DNA of 64,000 nt from Lama guanicoe. Its lineage: Eukaryota. The position numbers were made by a program, and so were the translations under genes. The notes under the pieces were generated by a model that had not been told where the DNA came from, did not search any database, and was given only the letters and a program-made list of their open reading frames with translations. The stretch's first letter is position 1, and every line of letters starts with the position of its first letter. Of the stretch, positions 26,044-40,092 are shown piece by piece. The DNA lies in the NCBI GenBank assembly GCA_013239625.1, contig MU054338.1, forward strand, positions 5,370,724-5,434,723, read 5' to 3'.

Positions 26044-29000
26044 GCAATTCTTGGAGGAGGTGTCAGGCTGTGCCCAGGCACATGCATCCTCTGATATATT
26101 TCTTCTCATTGGCAAAGTCGCGAATCTGAATTTTGAAACCATCGCCTCTTTGATGGATGGAAACAACCAAATTCACATGATGCCACACATCTGTTGAGGT
26201 CTATGTCCAAGGGTGCATTGATTTGAATAATACAGGGAGTGAGGTCTCTTGCTTGCAATCCTGAATTTCTGGGTCCTGGGTTCAGTGACCTTGGCTCCCC
26301 AGGTTAAGGATTTTCAGGACTTTTCCAGGAGTACAGCAGGAGTCTTCCCTGTGCGCTGATGACGTTAGAAAGATGCTTGCTGTGAATTTTACCAGTCAGG
26401 AGGGCCATAGGTGCTGGCCTATTTCAACTGGTTTCAACCTGCAACAGTATTCTGCCAAGATTCTTGAGTGAGATTCGCCAATTGACATGTTGGCATTTGG
26501 TGAAACAGTCTTGCCTTAGGACCTTGGGAAGTCTGAAAAGTACACAAGTCATTTACACACAATCTTGCTCAAATCTGGCTTAGATATTGGTCCCAGAATA
26601 TTTAGAAACCATTAAGTTGGGGATATTGGCAGCCACTAACTTTCATTCAGAGTAGTTCTTTATTGAGAAACAGAGACTAGCTCTCTCTCTGCGATTACTG
26701 GAATCTTCTGTAATCGCCCCCCGTTGTAGATGTTAGCAGCGTTAAAGTTGTGTTTTTTGCCCAGGCATTCTTCACTGCCTTATTCATGCTGATGTAACTT
26801 GGCTCTTCTGAGGAGGTAATATTTGAACCTCAGCCCAAGTTGGAGCTGGTGATGGACACCCACAGGAATTGGAACTTGTTTACTGCCTCTCCCCACCCTG
26901 CCCCCGCTCCCAGCCACCTCCTCCGCTGAGGAGACAGACACCTCCTTGGGCAGTTACAACGCAGGATAACCAGAGCCAAACAGAGGAACCACACAGCCCC
27001 TCCAACCCAGCTGGGCAGCCCTGGAAGGCTTCCTGGAGGCAGCAACAGGCAGGTGGCTTACTTGAAGAACTAGGAGAGGGTGAATAGTGATTCACATGGA
27101 GGGAACAGCCCAGCCCAGGCAAAGGCAGTTGCGTTAGGCATCCAGATTCTGCATTAGAATGATGTTTCTGAGATTTGAATAGACCCTGGGCAGGCCAGGG
27201 ACCCCACGCTGAGAACTGTGGAGTCTGGTGGCTGCAGGAGGTACTGTGGGGGAGAGAGGGTGGTGGGCAGAGCCAGATTACAAAAGCCTCCGTGATGAGA
27301 TTAGGGTGCCCCTCTCCAGCGGGAGGAGGGATAGTGAGCCGCCTTAGGGCTGTGAGATGGGGATAGGTGGGGAAGGACAGACTGCCTCCCAGAGGAAGTG
27401 CTTGACATTCATTTACATAAACACCTCTGGTCCTTAAAGGGCCCACGGACAGAAACCCCTGGGGTTTCTGCACCAGCGCCTCAGGGCTAGGGTAATGACG
27501 CATTCACAGAAGGTGCTGTTAGTCCCCTAGCCCGAGGCCACCTAGCAGGAGCAGATCCACCCAAGTCGGCTTCCTCTGAGGTTCCCCAGGCTGCCTCTGT
27601 CTCACTCCTCAGCTCTTCTGGGACCTGGACAGGTCTCCAGGTCCCTGTTCCAGGTGCACATCAAATCAGGGGGCACCGGGGCTCCTGAGGCCACACCCTC
27701 TCCCCATCATCATCCCTCCTTCCTCCTGGACAGTACCTTCTCCGAGTCCCACATCCAGAATTTGCCCAAAAGGGAGTTGTCCTTTCCCACCCCAGGCTGT
27801 ACGCCCCCAAATTCCTGCACAAGCCTGGAGTTCCCACATCAGGCTGCCCACCCCAGCACACTCTCCCCCCACCCCCACTCCCCAAAGATACCCCTACCCA
27901 GCTGTGCCCCCTGCCCCTGTCCCAGCACGTCACCCACCCCACCCCCAGAAGCCAGCCACTGGTGACCTCTTGGGGCAGCGCTTCCCTCAACTGTGAAATC
28001 CCAGGGACAGCCCGCCTGCCAGGATTGCCCACAGGAGAATCCCCACCCCCAACCCCCCCAGTTCCAGGGAACACTGAGGCCCAAGGTTCCCATTGTGTCT
28101 CTAAGGCTCAGGTGACAGGTACTTGCCAACCTCCCTTCAAACCAGGAGGGCTTAGACCTGGGCTGGCAGACTTGCCGGGGTCGGGTACTGGCCAGGACCG
28201 AACGTTACCTTGTTTTCACTGTGTTAGTTTTATGGCTACTGTCTGCATGTGATGCCGCACCTGGCTTTCTCTTTGGGGGAGGGAGATGTGGATGGACAGA
28301 GGCAGGGAGAACAAGGCATAGGTGGCCATGATGACTGAGATGAGAGATGGGGCCTTGGTTGTGGGAATTGATGGAGAAGGAACTAGCTTGATTGTTACCA
28401 GGGAGAGGGATGCAGGACCTGGTGGGCAGCTGAGTGTCCAGGATGGGCAGGGGGATAGGAGTGTGTGAGGAGGAGTCCAGGGTGACACCCAGGTTCCTGT
28501 TCCCAAAGAGTGGGTGGATGGTGGATTCTTGGCTGAGAAGCCTTAGGAGGAAGAAAACACACTCTGGGTGGAGAATGACTTAAGTGTGATGTGTCTGTGC
28601 AACGAACAGCCAGGCGGTGTTGGGGTGGCAGTTGTGTCATTAGGGGAGAAATCTGGGAGATGCAGGAATCTGGAAAACCGAAGCACAAGCAGGCCAACCA
28701 AGGCTTCTGGGTGGGTGAGATTTCCCAGGGATAACGGCCAGCGCAAGAGGACACAGGGCAACACTGGGATGGTACCAACATTGATGTGTTGGACAATCCC
28801 TGCTATCGTGGACAAGGTGTGCACGAGGGGGCCTGCTGTCCCGGAAGGCAGTCCGAGTTTTGCTCCTGCTTGCCCCTCCCTGAGCTGGTCTCCACAAGGG
28901 GGCGGCAGAGGGGACCAGAGGCCCGCTGGCTAGAGCTGGAGGACAGGTGTGAGCCCAGGCTGGGTGGAGGAGGGATGCCGTCGGGGTGCAACGTAGAGCC

Positions 29001-29599
29001 CAGAATTCCCTCCAGCCTGGAAGGTGGGTAGTGACATCTCCTTGGGGGACTGTACTTGACCCGGAATTGGTTTCTTTCCCCCGCCCCCTGGAGCCAGGAG
29101 GTGATTAGGTTTATTTATTTATTTATAATTAATTCATTATTTTTAATGGAGACACTGGAGATTGAACCCAAGACCTCGTGCATGCTAAGCATGAGCTCTA
29201 CCACTGTTAGACCCTCCCCCTGTGATTTCCAGTTTTTAAAGGTTATACTTCACTTATGGTTACTATAGAACATTAGCTGTGTTCCCCGTGCTGTACAGTA
29301 TATTCCTGTAGCTTATTTATTTTGTATCTCTATAGTAGTTATACAGCCTTTACAGTAGTTTGTACCTCTTAATTCCGTCCCGTCTTGCCCCTCCCCACTT
29401 CCCTCCCCTCACTGGTAACCACTGCTTTGTTCTCAGTATCTGTGAGTCTGTTTCTTTTTTGTTCTATTCACTAGTTTGCTTTCTTTCCTAGATTTCACAT
29501 ATGCGATAGCATGTAGTATTTATCTTTCTCTGTCTGCCTTACTTCACTAAGTATAATACCCTTCAAGTCCATCCACGTGGTTACAAATGGCAAAATCTC

Positions 29600-29631
<32 letters not shown>

Positions 29632-30199
29632 TTTTATGGCTGAGTCCACAGTCCATTGTTTATTTCAAGTATTTGTATTTTTCAGGTGTAGAATTTCCAT
29701 TTGGTGCATTTTTATAGTTTCTGCTTCTTTGCTGAAGTTTCTTCCTTGTTCATTCATTAGGAGGTACTTTTTCTTCACCTCCTTGAATGTATTTCTGATC
29801 ACTGCTTCATAGTCCTTATCTGCTCATTCCAACATGTGGCTCACCTCAGGATCAGTCTGCATTAATTTTCTTCCTGAGTGTAGGTCATGTGTTTCTGTTT
29901 CTTCAGTGTCAAGTAATTTTGCATTGTGTTCTGGACATTCTGTAAGATATATTATTGAGACTCTGGATTCTGTTATGTTCCTCTGAAGAACATTGATTGT
30001 TTTTTAATGTATTTTTTAAAAGGCAGTTAAACTGTCTGGGCTTAAGCTCCAAAGTCTATTTCCCCTGTGATGGGTAGCAGATGAAAACTTTTTTTCTTTT
30101 AGCTTTACCTAGGCTGGTTGGAATCTGCCCTGCATTTACTTCAAGGCTTAGTAAGAGACTTGCATAGCATTTTTGTGTAGAATTTGGACCTTCTTCTTC

Positions 30200-30230
<31 letters not shown>

Positions 30231-30420
30231 TCCTTTCTTGCACGTTCTGTCCCATGGTTAAACTGTTGTGATCTCTTTGCGCTCCGTCTTCTCATTTTTC
30301 CAGCCAGTTTCTAATTCTGATGAATAAAAATGAAAAATGGGAAGCTCACCCCACAGGGTTCCCTTACCATAGATATAGACTCTCCTTCAACTTATACCTA
30401 TTTTTGGTCACTCTCTAGAG

Positions 30421-30630
30421 CAGGACTGCCCAGTAGAATTTTCTGCAATGATGGAAATATTCCATATCTCCATTGCCCAATATGGCAGCCATAAGCCACA
30501 TGTGGCTACTGAGTATACAAATGTTGCTGGTGCAACTGAGGAACTGAATTTCAAGTTTTATTTACTTTTAATTAATTGAAATGGAAATGGCCATGTGTGG
30601 CTGGTGGATACCACATTGGACATTGCCACA
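30421..30630. mobile_element. MER3 (hAT-Charlie MITE)
   Basis: TAGAATTTTCTGCAATGATGGAAAT, AGCCACATGTGGCTACTGAG, CTGAGGAACTGAATTT. Confidence 0.85.
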
Positions 30631-31024
30631 CCAGCGCTTTCAGGGCGTTTTTTGATATGTAGTCCAGAGAGTGTCATTGGCATCTCCGAGAGGGCTGTCT
30701 GATGCAGCTAACTCTGCTATTACCAGAAGCAGAATGCTTCTGGTGGTTTTCTGCTCCGTGAATTATGTATATCAGGCCATTAGTGTCTCTCTGCATTTTG
30801 CTTTCATTTTGTTTTTTCAACTCAGCGATCTTCCCAAGTCTGTGAGCATAGATTTTCCTCCTCCCCCCATCCCAATTTGGTAATTTTTGTATTTAAAAAA
30901 ATTTTTTTAATTGTGGTAGAATACATATAACAAAAAAATTAACCAGGGGGAAGGTGTAGCTCAGTGATAGAGTGTGTGCTTAGCCTGCACAAGGTCCTGG
31001 GTTCAATCCCCAGTACCACCATTA

Positions 31025-31055
<31 letters not shown>

Positions 31056-34000
31056 TTACCTCCCCTCCTCCAAAAAAAAAATTACTATCTTAACTCTTTT
31101 TAAGTGCACAGTTCAGTAGTGTTACGTATATTCACATTTCTGGGAAACCAGTCTCCACAACTTTTGGTCTTTGCAAACAGAAACTCTGCCCCCATTAAAC
31201 AGTCAGCTCCCCATCCCCCTGCCCCCGAATTTTGAGCCTGGCTTACTTCACTGAGCAGCACGTCCTCCAGGTTCATCTGTGTCATAGCTGCCTCCTCCTT
31301 TTAAACCCTGGTGGACTGTTTCATTGTATGGAATCTTGAGGTTTCTGATTCCCACCCCTCCCTCACCGCTCCCCCACCACCTCCGGCGGTGGACATCCGG
31401 GTTGCTTCCACTTTTCACTGGACCAGAGGAGAGGGAGGAAGTCCGAAGGGACACAAGGAAATCTCGGGGAGTGATGGATGTGTTCAGTGTCTTGATTGTG
31501 GTGATGATTTCACCAGTATGTACATATGTCAGGTGCATCGCATCACACTTTACTTTTCTTTCTTTCTTTCTTTCTTTGGGAGGGAAGGAGGGAGGTAATT
31601 AGATTTATGCATTTATTTATTTGGGGGGGTAACTAGGTTTTTATTTATTTATAATATCTTTATTTATTGCCCCTTAATGGAGGCACTGGGATTGAACCCA
31701 GGACCTCAGGCACACCAAATCTACCACTGGAAGGCTGTACCTTCCACCCCCTGTTTATTTATTTTTGACAGGGGTACCAGGGATTGGACCCAGGACCTCG
31801 TGTGTGCTAAGTCCGTGCTCTACTGCTAAGCTAGACCCTCCCCCAAATCATACACTTTAAACACATATGGTTTTTGTATGCCAGGAATACCTCAATAGAG
31901 CCGTGTGATTCTGGTTTTAATTGTAATGGGCCAAGTGAGTTCCTCTTACACACCTGTCTGTGTGCACGGCCTCACCCTTGCCCTGGCCCCGCCTCCGCCC
32001 GCCGCAGGGGCTGTGCCTGCCATTTCCCCCTCAAACTCCAGAGACCTGATCCCCTCTCCTGCCTCAGTCCTTCTTGAAACCGCCCTGACTGACCCCACCA
32101 GCAACACACACCCACACCAGGTGATGCTGGGGACCTGAGTCATCCAGGCTGGGGGAGGGAGGAGGGACTCAGCCACCTCGCTCTCCAAGCTCTGCCAGGC
32201 CAGGCCAGCTAGGGCTGAACAAAAGCTCTGAAGAGAGGCCCTTGGTGGGGCGGCCTCTTGAGCCAGGAATTGAATCTGATCTAGGTCTTAAAGACTAGTC
32301 GGAACTGGCCCAGTGAAGCTGGTGGAAAGGCCTGCCGGCTGGATGCCAGGGGAAGCTCTCGGGAATCCCAGCACCTGCTGTGGGCTGGTGCAGGGGCTGG
32401 GCTGGAGCGGAGGCAGTGGGAGGGAGGGAGCCGGCTCTGGGGAGGAGTGGGCACAGCCAGCCCTCACCAAGGCTCACCCAGGCCCCTGAGCCTGCCAGCC
32501 GGCATAGGAGTTAAGAAAGCAAAGTTAGGAAATCATATGCACCTTCCTGGTGCCCTGCTCACTGGGAAACCCTGATAGGCAGACAGGCCTTGGGAGGCCT
32601 CCACGGGGTCCTGTGAGCCCTGAGCCCGCTGGTGGACAGCCCCCTCCCTCCCCGAGCTTCCAGCCCTGGTTCTCTCCTTGCTGATGCGGTGACCTCCATC
32701 CAGCTGCTTCTTGCTTTGAGCCTCCGTCTGCTGAGTTCTGAAAGGAGGAGACAGTGAACCTACTTTAGGGAGACTGAGCTCACCTTGCCCATTAAAGCAG
32801 GTGGTTTCTTTTTCTAAAAAGTTCGACCACTTGAGCTAAAGTCCTCATGTCCACCCACCTGTCCATGTGTCTCTTCTACCCACTCATTCATCCACTTAGC
32901 AAGCACTTAGTTGGCACCTAATGTTGTGCCAGGCCCTGTCTGAGGACACAGCGGTTACTAAACAGCATTCTCGCCTTGGCGAGGCTTATGCCGTTGGGTG
33001 AGGCAGACAAATACGTAAATACGAAAACAGATTAAGTGGGATGAGAGGGCTGAAGGAACTAAGCAGGGTAAGGAGATGGCATAATACACTGGCTTTGGTA
33101 GTGATCTGAGGTTTCTCTCAGGAGGTAACAGGTGAGCTGAGATGTGAATAATGAGACAGAGCTAGACAGGGGTTGTGTGGGAGAACAGGATGTGCAAAGG
33201 CCCTGGGGGCAGGAGTGAGTTTGTGTGTTGGAAGCCCTTCAAGCAGCCGTTGCAGTGAATTGATCTAGTGGCAGGAGGGGGTTTGTATCAACAGGGCCAG
33301 AGTGTGGAGGGTAGGAGTGGGTCTAAATATGAGGGGCTGGGAATAGGCAGAGCCCTGGACTCGGGGCCCTCCTTGGGCTCTTTGCAGGGAGCAGCATGGC
33401 AGTGTCTCCTGGACCAGCTGCATCTCTGGGCATTAGCACCCGTCATGGACCTTCTCAGAGAGGCCTGAGTCGAGGAGCCTGGGCCCAGTGCAGGGGTGGC
33501 TGCTGCGATTATCTACAAATAACCCCTGCTCAGCACATCATGTGTTCTCTGCCTGGGCCTCCAGCCACAGGAGTCAGGTGACCCTGGGCAGCAGGCCAGG
33601 CTGCGGGGGCCGGGTGAGTGTGTGTGTATCTGTTCTTCCCTGGGCGGCCCAGACATCTGGAGTCTGAATTGATTTCCTTCTTCACAACCCGGCCAAGTCC
33701 TGTGTTTCCAGCTCGATTTAAAGTAAAACAAAACAACCGAGGTGCCCAGACCTGCTCCGCTGGGCAGTGCTGGGGCCCTTGGGGGTTTGGGGAGTAACAG
33801 GAATCCTTGCTCATCCTCCCCCCTCTCCGGATCAGCACAAAGCCCTCATCTCTCTTTCCCCCAATCTGGGGGTATTTTTAGCCACTAAGAAGGATTATCA
33901 GTCTGGCTCCCAGGTGGCAGGGCTGGGAGCAGAGCCAAAGAGCCTTCAAAAAGCAGCCAGGCTGGGAAACCGGGTGGGGAGTGTGGGGAGGACGGGGTAA

Positions 34001-36852
34001 CTGGGAAGAAGGCTCAGGTTGGTCAGGCTGATTCGCCCACTTGGTGATCCTCCAAGAGAGCCCGTGGCAGCTTTAGCCAAGCCAGCCCTCGGAAGCCTGC
34101 AGAGGCTGGGGGTTTCCGGGAAGGACCCCCTAGAACCTGCCGCAGCCCAACAGCCTGCTCTCGAGGCTGCCCCCCATCCACCACCCCCTCTTCTCTACTG
34201 CTGATGATTTTACTTAGTGCCCGTTCCACCCCAGGCATCATTCCCAACCACCCCGACATGGAGGGGGCTACTGCTATTCCCATTTTACAGATGAGGAAAC
34301 TAAAACATGGGGCGGCCAGTTCACCTGCTCGAGGTCACATGACAGGTACGTTGCAGGAATCAAATCCATCCAGCTACCGGTGTGGAGTGTTGACAAACTG
34401 CCTGGCCTCTTGAGTCTCCAGGCGGTAAAGCAGAAGATCTGGCTGTACCTGTTTTTCAGATGGGCAGCTGAGGCCCTGAGAGGCAGAGTATCACAGGGAA
34501 GGAGCAAAGGAGCTGGGGTCCAAAAGAGAAAAAAATGAAAGTGAAGCTTGGTGAGTTGGACACAGCACATGCAAAGACCCTGGGGCAGGAGTGAACTTGG
34601 TGGGTTAGACAAAGCACGTGCAAAGGCCCTGGGGCAGGAGTGAGCTTGATGAGTTGGAAGCCCATCAAGCAGCCCCTGCAGTGAGTTGAGCTGGTTGGGG
34701 GAAGGGAGTGTATCAACAGGGCCAGAGTGTAGAGGGCAGGAGTGGGTCTAAATATGAGGGGCTGGGGGGAGGCAGAGCCCCTTCTGTGTGCCAGACCCTG
34801 CCCACAGGCTCCACATGCGGCCTACTCAACCACAACGCAAGGAGGGCACCTGTCCCACCGAGAGGTGGGAGAAGACACAGGCACCCGGGGCTTCGAGCGT
34901 GGGAGCTGGGCCTCTGGCCAGTCTGCTGCATTCCAGACCCTGTTTTCTTCTCAGACCTCAGCGTCTCTTCTTTACCAAGAGGGTGAAAGGGTTGGGGGAT
35001 CAGACAGACACAGGTTAGAGAGCACAGGACTCCCAGGGCCGGGACCTCTGCAGTCAGGGCATGTCGGTCTGAAGCCCCCTTGGAGGGCTCTCTGGTTTGG
35101 AAAGTTCGTTTCTATTCCCCTGTCTGACTTTGGGGCCGGAAAAGGCTGTGCCGGCTTCAGCTGAGGGTCATCGTGCTTCCTTCCTCCTCTACTCTCACTC
35201 TCCCAAAAGACTGCCCAGCCAGTTCCCAGTGTCACAGTGAATGAGGCAGAGCTGGCGGAGGGTGCTTTAACTGGATCTGAGGTAGGGGCACTTGGGACGT
35301 GCCTCCAGGAGGTGATGACTGGACTGGGTTTTGAAGGATGCATAGGAGTTTGCCAGCCAGACAAGAAAGATAGGTAAGCCCTGTGAGTGCTGAGACCTTG
35401 CTTGGTTCCCCACTATCCTGTGTCCTCAGCACCCAGCCTGGGGCAATAAGTGTTAGCTGGGCATTCTAGGCAGAAGGCAGCATTTATGAAGTCTGGGGTG
35501 TGTGAAATCACATAGTATGGTGGGAATAGGCAGTGAATAGCGGGCTTTGAGGCTGGGGACATGGGCAGGGGCCTGGGATTTTGAAATGCCATTGCTCTTG
35601 TGTGTTTTCACTCATCCCTGAAGCTCATCAAGACATGCAGGCACCACAGCTGCGGTGGACGCCAATCTGGGCACCCTTGGGTGGGGGACAAGCTGGGACT
35701 CCTGGGTTCTGGCCCCAGCTCTAGCTGGCGGTCTGATAAGCAGAAGGGTCCCTGAGGAGCCAGCTGTGGATGCTCTGTGGTGGGTGTGGCTCTGGCTGGG
35801 AGGTGGGGCCAGGAATTCCAGGCTGGGCATGGGCCCTTGCGCTCCAGTGGGTGCCTGGGATCAAGCGAGCTTTGTCTGTTGGCAAGGCTCTTTTTCTAGA
35901 GAGAGCAGCCCCTTGAGCAAAAGTCCCCACATCCACCTGTCCATCTGTCTGTTCGGTCTGGGCCCCCTGAGCCTGGAGGGGTCTAGGCTAGGCTAACCAC
36001 TGTCACACACCTGTCAGCTTAAAGAAAAACCACGTGACGTGAGAGCTGTGAGTTTTTTATTCTGGGTCTTACTGAGGACTGTAGCCCTAGAAACAGCCAC
36101 TTCGTATCTCTGAGTAAACTGCTCCGGACCAGGTCGGGAAGGAGCCAGGAGATACATGAATTTTTTTGGCTAGGAAATGGACACAGTCAAGCATACATCT
36201 TGGTAAAAAATGACTGCTAATCACATAGAACAGACATCAAGATAAGTTAATGATTTTCTTGCTTTTCTGTGTATGGGAAGATGCAAGAATCCGGGGTCAT
36301 AGAAATTCTTCCGGAGGTGTGGCTTATATCCTGAACTCCCCTCAGGGCAAACTGTCTGTGGCAGACTGCGGTGGGTTGCAGTTTAACCCTTTGCGTAACT
36401 GGATGGTGAGGGCTGCTCTGTGTTTTGGGGGGTTTCTTTTTGGACACCCTTGCCCATTGGTCAGGCTGCTGCCTTCTAGTGTCCCTCCCACACTGGAGTG
36501 TCCAGTGGTGGCAGTCACTGCTAATCGCGTCACTGATGCCTGAATCTGGACCCCCCACCTCACACCTCCCCTCCACCCGGCATGGTCTCTGGGCTGCCCC
36601 TTCAGCTACATCCCCTCCCTGGGGAATTCCATCCATCTTTGTGGATTTAAACAGTCCTCCTGCCCCTGCCCCAGCCCAGAGGAGCTCCTGCCTCCTCCCC
36701 GCATCCCAGGGACATCTGAGGTCCCCCTCCCCCACTGTTTGTCTTATCCAACACCAAACCCAAGTCCTGCCCCCAAATCCGCTCACCATCCTGGTTCACC
36801 TAGTTCCCCAGACTCTGATAATCTGGAGATTTTCTTTTTTTCTGTATTTGAC

Positions 36853-37580
36853 ATGTGCTATGAGAAATATCTATTTGGTCTTCTGTCCCTCGTCCCTGGT
36901 CCCGTCACAGAGCTCCTAGAAACCTTGGGACTGTCCTCAGTGAAGAGAGAAGTAAAGTTGTCTTTTGTTATGCTTATGCAGGGCTTTTGGAAAGCCCCCC
37001 AGGTCACCTAAGGAAGGGGCCGGTTGCCAGGAACCAAACCAGGTGATCTGAGGGTTGTAACTTTCAGTCCCACCCCCAGGTCTCCAGTGGCCAATGACTT
37101 AATTACTATGACTATATAATGAAGCCTCCATTAAAAACCCAAAAGCACAGGGTTCAGAAAGCTGGGTTGGTGAACACATGGAGGTTTGGGGAACGTGGTG
37201 CATCCAGAAAGGGCATTGAAGCTCTGAGCCCCTTCCCCATAACTTGCCCGATGACCCTTTCCATCTGGCTGTTCTTGAGTTACATCCTGTTATAAAAAAC
37301 CGGTATTCTAGCAAATAAACTGTTTTTCTGTGTTCTACGAGCTGCTGTAGTAAATTAATCAAACCCAAGGAGGGGACTGTGGGAACCTCTGATCTCCAGC
37401 TGGTTGGTCAGACACACAGGTGACAATCCGGACTTGTGATGGGCGTCTGAAGCGCGGCAGGTGCAGTCTGGGACAGAGCCATCCACCTGTGTATCTCCAG
37501 GTAGCTAGTGTCAGACTTGAGTTGCACTGTAGGACACCCAGCTGGTGTCGGAGAATTGCTTGGTGGTGACAGAAGTAACA
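36853..37580 (+). mobile_element. MER21-like LTR
   Basis: TAATGAAGCCTCCATTAAAA, AAATTAATCAAACCCAAGGAGGGG, TAGGACACCCAGCTGGTGTC. Confidence 0.75.
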
Positions 37581-38630
37581 ACGGGGATGAACCTCGAAAA
37601 CATGACACAAGTGAAAGAAGCCAGACACAAAGACAGGGTTTGTGATTCTATCTAGACGAAGTTCTGGCAGAGACGGAAGTAATCTGTGATGGAAAAAAAA
37701 AAAATTGGAGCATAAGTTCCTTTTGGACGGTGGAGATGGAGATTGACCAGGAAGGGGCCCGAGAGAGAACCTTGTGGAGGGACGGGAACGTTTTGTGGCC
37801 AGAAGTTGATTTACACAGGTGCTTGTATTTGTCAAAACTCAGCAACCGTATACCTCACGTGAATTTTTTTTTCTCTAGTAAATTTAACCTTGAAAGGAAA
37901 AAAAAAATATTGAATTCTAGTTAATGATCTGCATGCTGAAATGTTTAGGGGTGATGTGACTTGATGTCTGCTGCTTGTTTTGAAAGGCACCCCAAAGGTG
38001 GACTGCCAGGTGGATAGAGGGATGGAAGGATGGGCAGATGTGAAATGAAGCAATAGAGCAAAATGTGAATGGTAGAGTCTAGTGGTAGGTATACAGATGT
38101 TCACTGTAAATTCTTTCAACTTTTCTGTAAGTTTGAAATTTTTCATCATAAAATGTTGGAAGAAATTATCCAAATTCCTCCCCATAGCCCACAGACCCTA
38201 CAGGATCTGCCCAATCACCTCCCTGCCCTCACCTCCTCCCAGTCTCCCTCTTACTCACTCTGCTCCAGCCACTCGGGAATCCTTACTGGTCCTCCAACAC
38301 TCGGTCCTGCCTCAGGGCCTTTGCACCTGCTGCATATTTCTCTGGAAATCTCCACCACCGCTACTCTCATTTGCATCAACCCAGGCCCTCCTCATCTCTG
38401 GATCTCAGCTCAGATGGTATCTCCTTAGAGACCTTCCTTGATAAATCACACCACCCTGTTTCTTTTCTACTAGGCCCCACCACACTGTGTTATCTCATTT
38501 GTTCATGAATCTTTTACTTGTGTATTGTATTATGAGCTCCATGGGGACAGGAGCATGTCTGCTTTGTTCCCTACTGTGTCCCCAACACCCAGCATCAGGC
38601 TGGCACATACAAGTCACTCAGAGAACATCT

Positions 38631-39170
38631 TGTGGATGGATGGACAGATAGGTGGGTGGGTGGATGGATGGACAGGCAAGTAGACAGACAGGTGGGCAGA
38701 TGGATGTATGGATAGGTATATATGCATGGATGGGTAGACAGGTGGGTGGATGGATGGATGGATGGGTAGATATACAGTTGAGCAGGCAGATGACTAGATG
38801 GATGGATGGATGGATGAGTAGATGGACAATGAGTGGGTGGATGGATGGATGAACAGACAGGTAGATAGACAGGTAGGCAGATGGATGTACAGATGGGTAT
38901 ACTGATGGATGGGTATAGGTATATGGATGGGTAGATGGATGGGTGTCTAGACAGGTAGGTGGGTGGATGGATGGATAGGTAGACATACAGGTGGGCAGGC
39001 AGGTAACTGGATGGATGAACAGACAAATCGGTGGATGGATGCATGGGTGGATGAATAGACAGACAATGAGTAGGTGGATGGATGGATAGACAGGTGGGTA
39101 GATGGATGTATGGACTGGCAGATGGATAGGTGGGTGGATGGATAGATGGACAGACAACATATGAATGAAC
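38631..39170. repeat. Complex (GGAT/GACA/GGGT)n simple repeat
   Basis: About 540 bp of TGGA/TAGA/CAGA tetramers; source of the His/Pro-rich spurious ORFs at 38595-39211. Confidence 0.95.
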
Positions 39171-39919
39171 AAACTTCCCAAGTGGGGACCAGTGTGGGGT
39201 TTTGGGCACATGTCTTAAATCTTGGGAAAGAGAAAAACTTGGGGGGGCTGTTCAAGATGACTGGACCCCACAGGTAGGGGCTGCTCCCGCAGCAGGTCTG
39301 GGCGAGAAGCTGGTTCACTGTGATCACTGCTCCACGCAGTGCTCGGTCACGCAGTAGGCGCTCTTGTCCAGCCACAGCCGGGCTGTTGGGATGGTGAGCC
39401 AGGCAACATTCACACCTCAAGGGGAATCCACGTTTGGAAGGATGGCCAGGGAGGGGACTGTGGCGTTCCTTAAATCCTTCATCTTTGGGCTGCATCAAAG
39501 GCCTCTTTCTGCAATGTAAGGAAGCCTTTCCCGGCACTTGAGAAGTCAGTTCATGACCCCAGTCAGCCCCTCCCTTGGCTTCTGGCCGCCGTCCTGGAGT
39601 CTGCAAGGTACAGAATAATAACTACTGTCAGGAGCTGTATTGTGAAGGTCAGTAGGCACCGGGCTAAGCACTTTGTGCTCCTTATCAGGCTGGGCTGAGA
39701 CATCAGTATTACTGTCCTTGTTTTACAGATGAACTTGAGGTGCAGAGAGGTCAGGTCAGTTGCCTGAGGACACACAGCCCAAGTCTGTCTTTAACACTGG
39801 TTGGAATAAACTCCAGGTCGCCAGGTGTGCTGTGAGGGACGAGGGTTGGGTGATGGGCTCTCCCGCCCCACCCATCCTGCCTGCCAACCTCTCCATTCAC
39901 CGGACCCTATGTCTGCAGG

Positions 39920-40092
39920 ATGTGGTCCAGCCTGAACGAGTGGCTGTGGCAGGACAGGTTCTGGCTGCCAGCCAACAACTCATGGGCTGACCTAGAGGAC
40001 CGAGATGGCTTGGTCTACCCCCACCCCCGGGACATGCTGATGGCCCTGCCCCTGGCGCTGGTGCTGCTGGCCGTGCGCTTTACCTTTGAGAG
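39920..40092 (+). CDS. CERS4: CERS4 coding exon 1 (exon starts 39919, ATG at 39920)
   Basis: ctgcag|G ATG TGG TCC...GAG AG|gtgagt; encodes [22 protein letters not shown]...FTFER with an N19 sequon (NNS). Missing from the ORF track because the unspliced frame is only 58 aa. Confidence 0.96.

Noticed and set aside
38595..39606. ~200-aa His/Pro/Ser-rich ORFs
   Set aside because: Translations of the (GGAT)n simple repeat.
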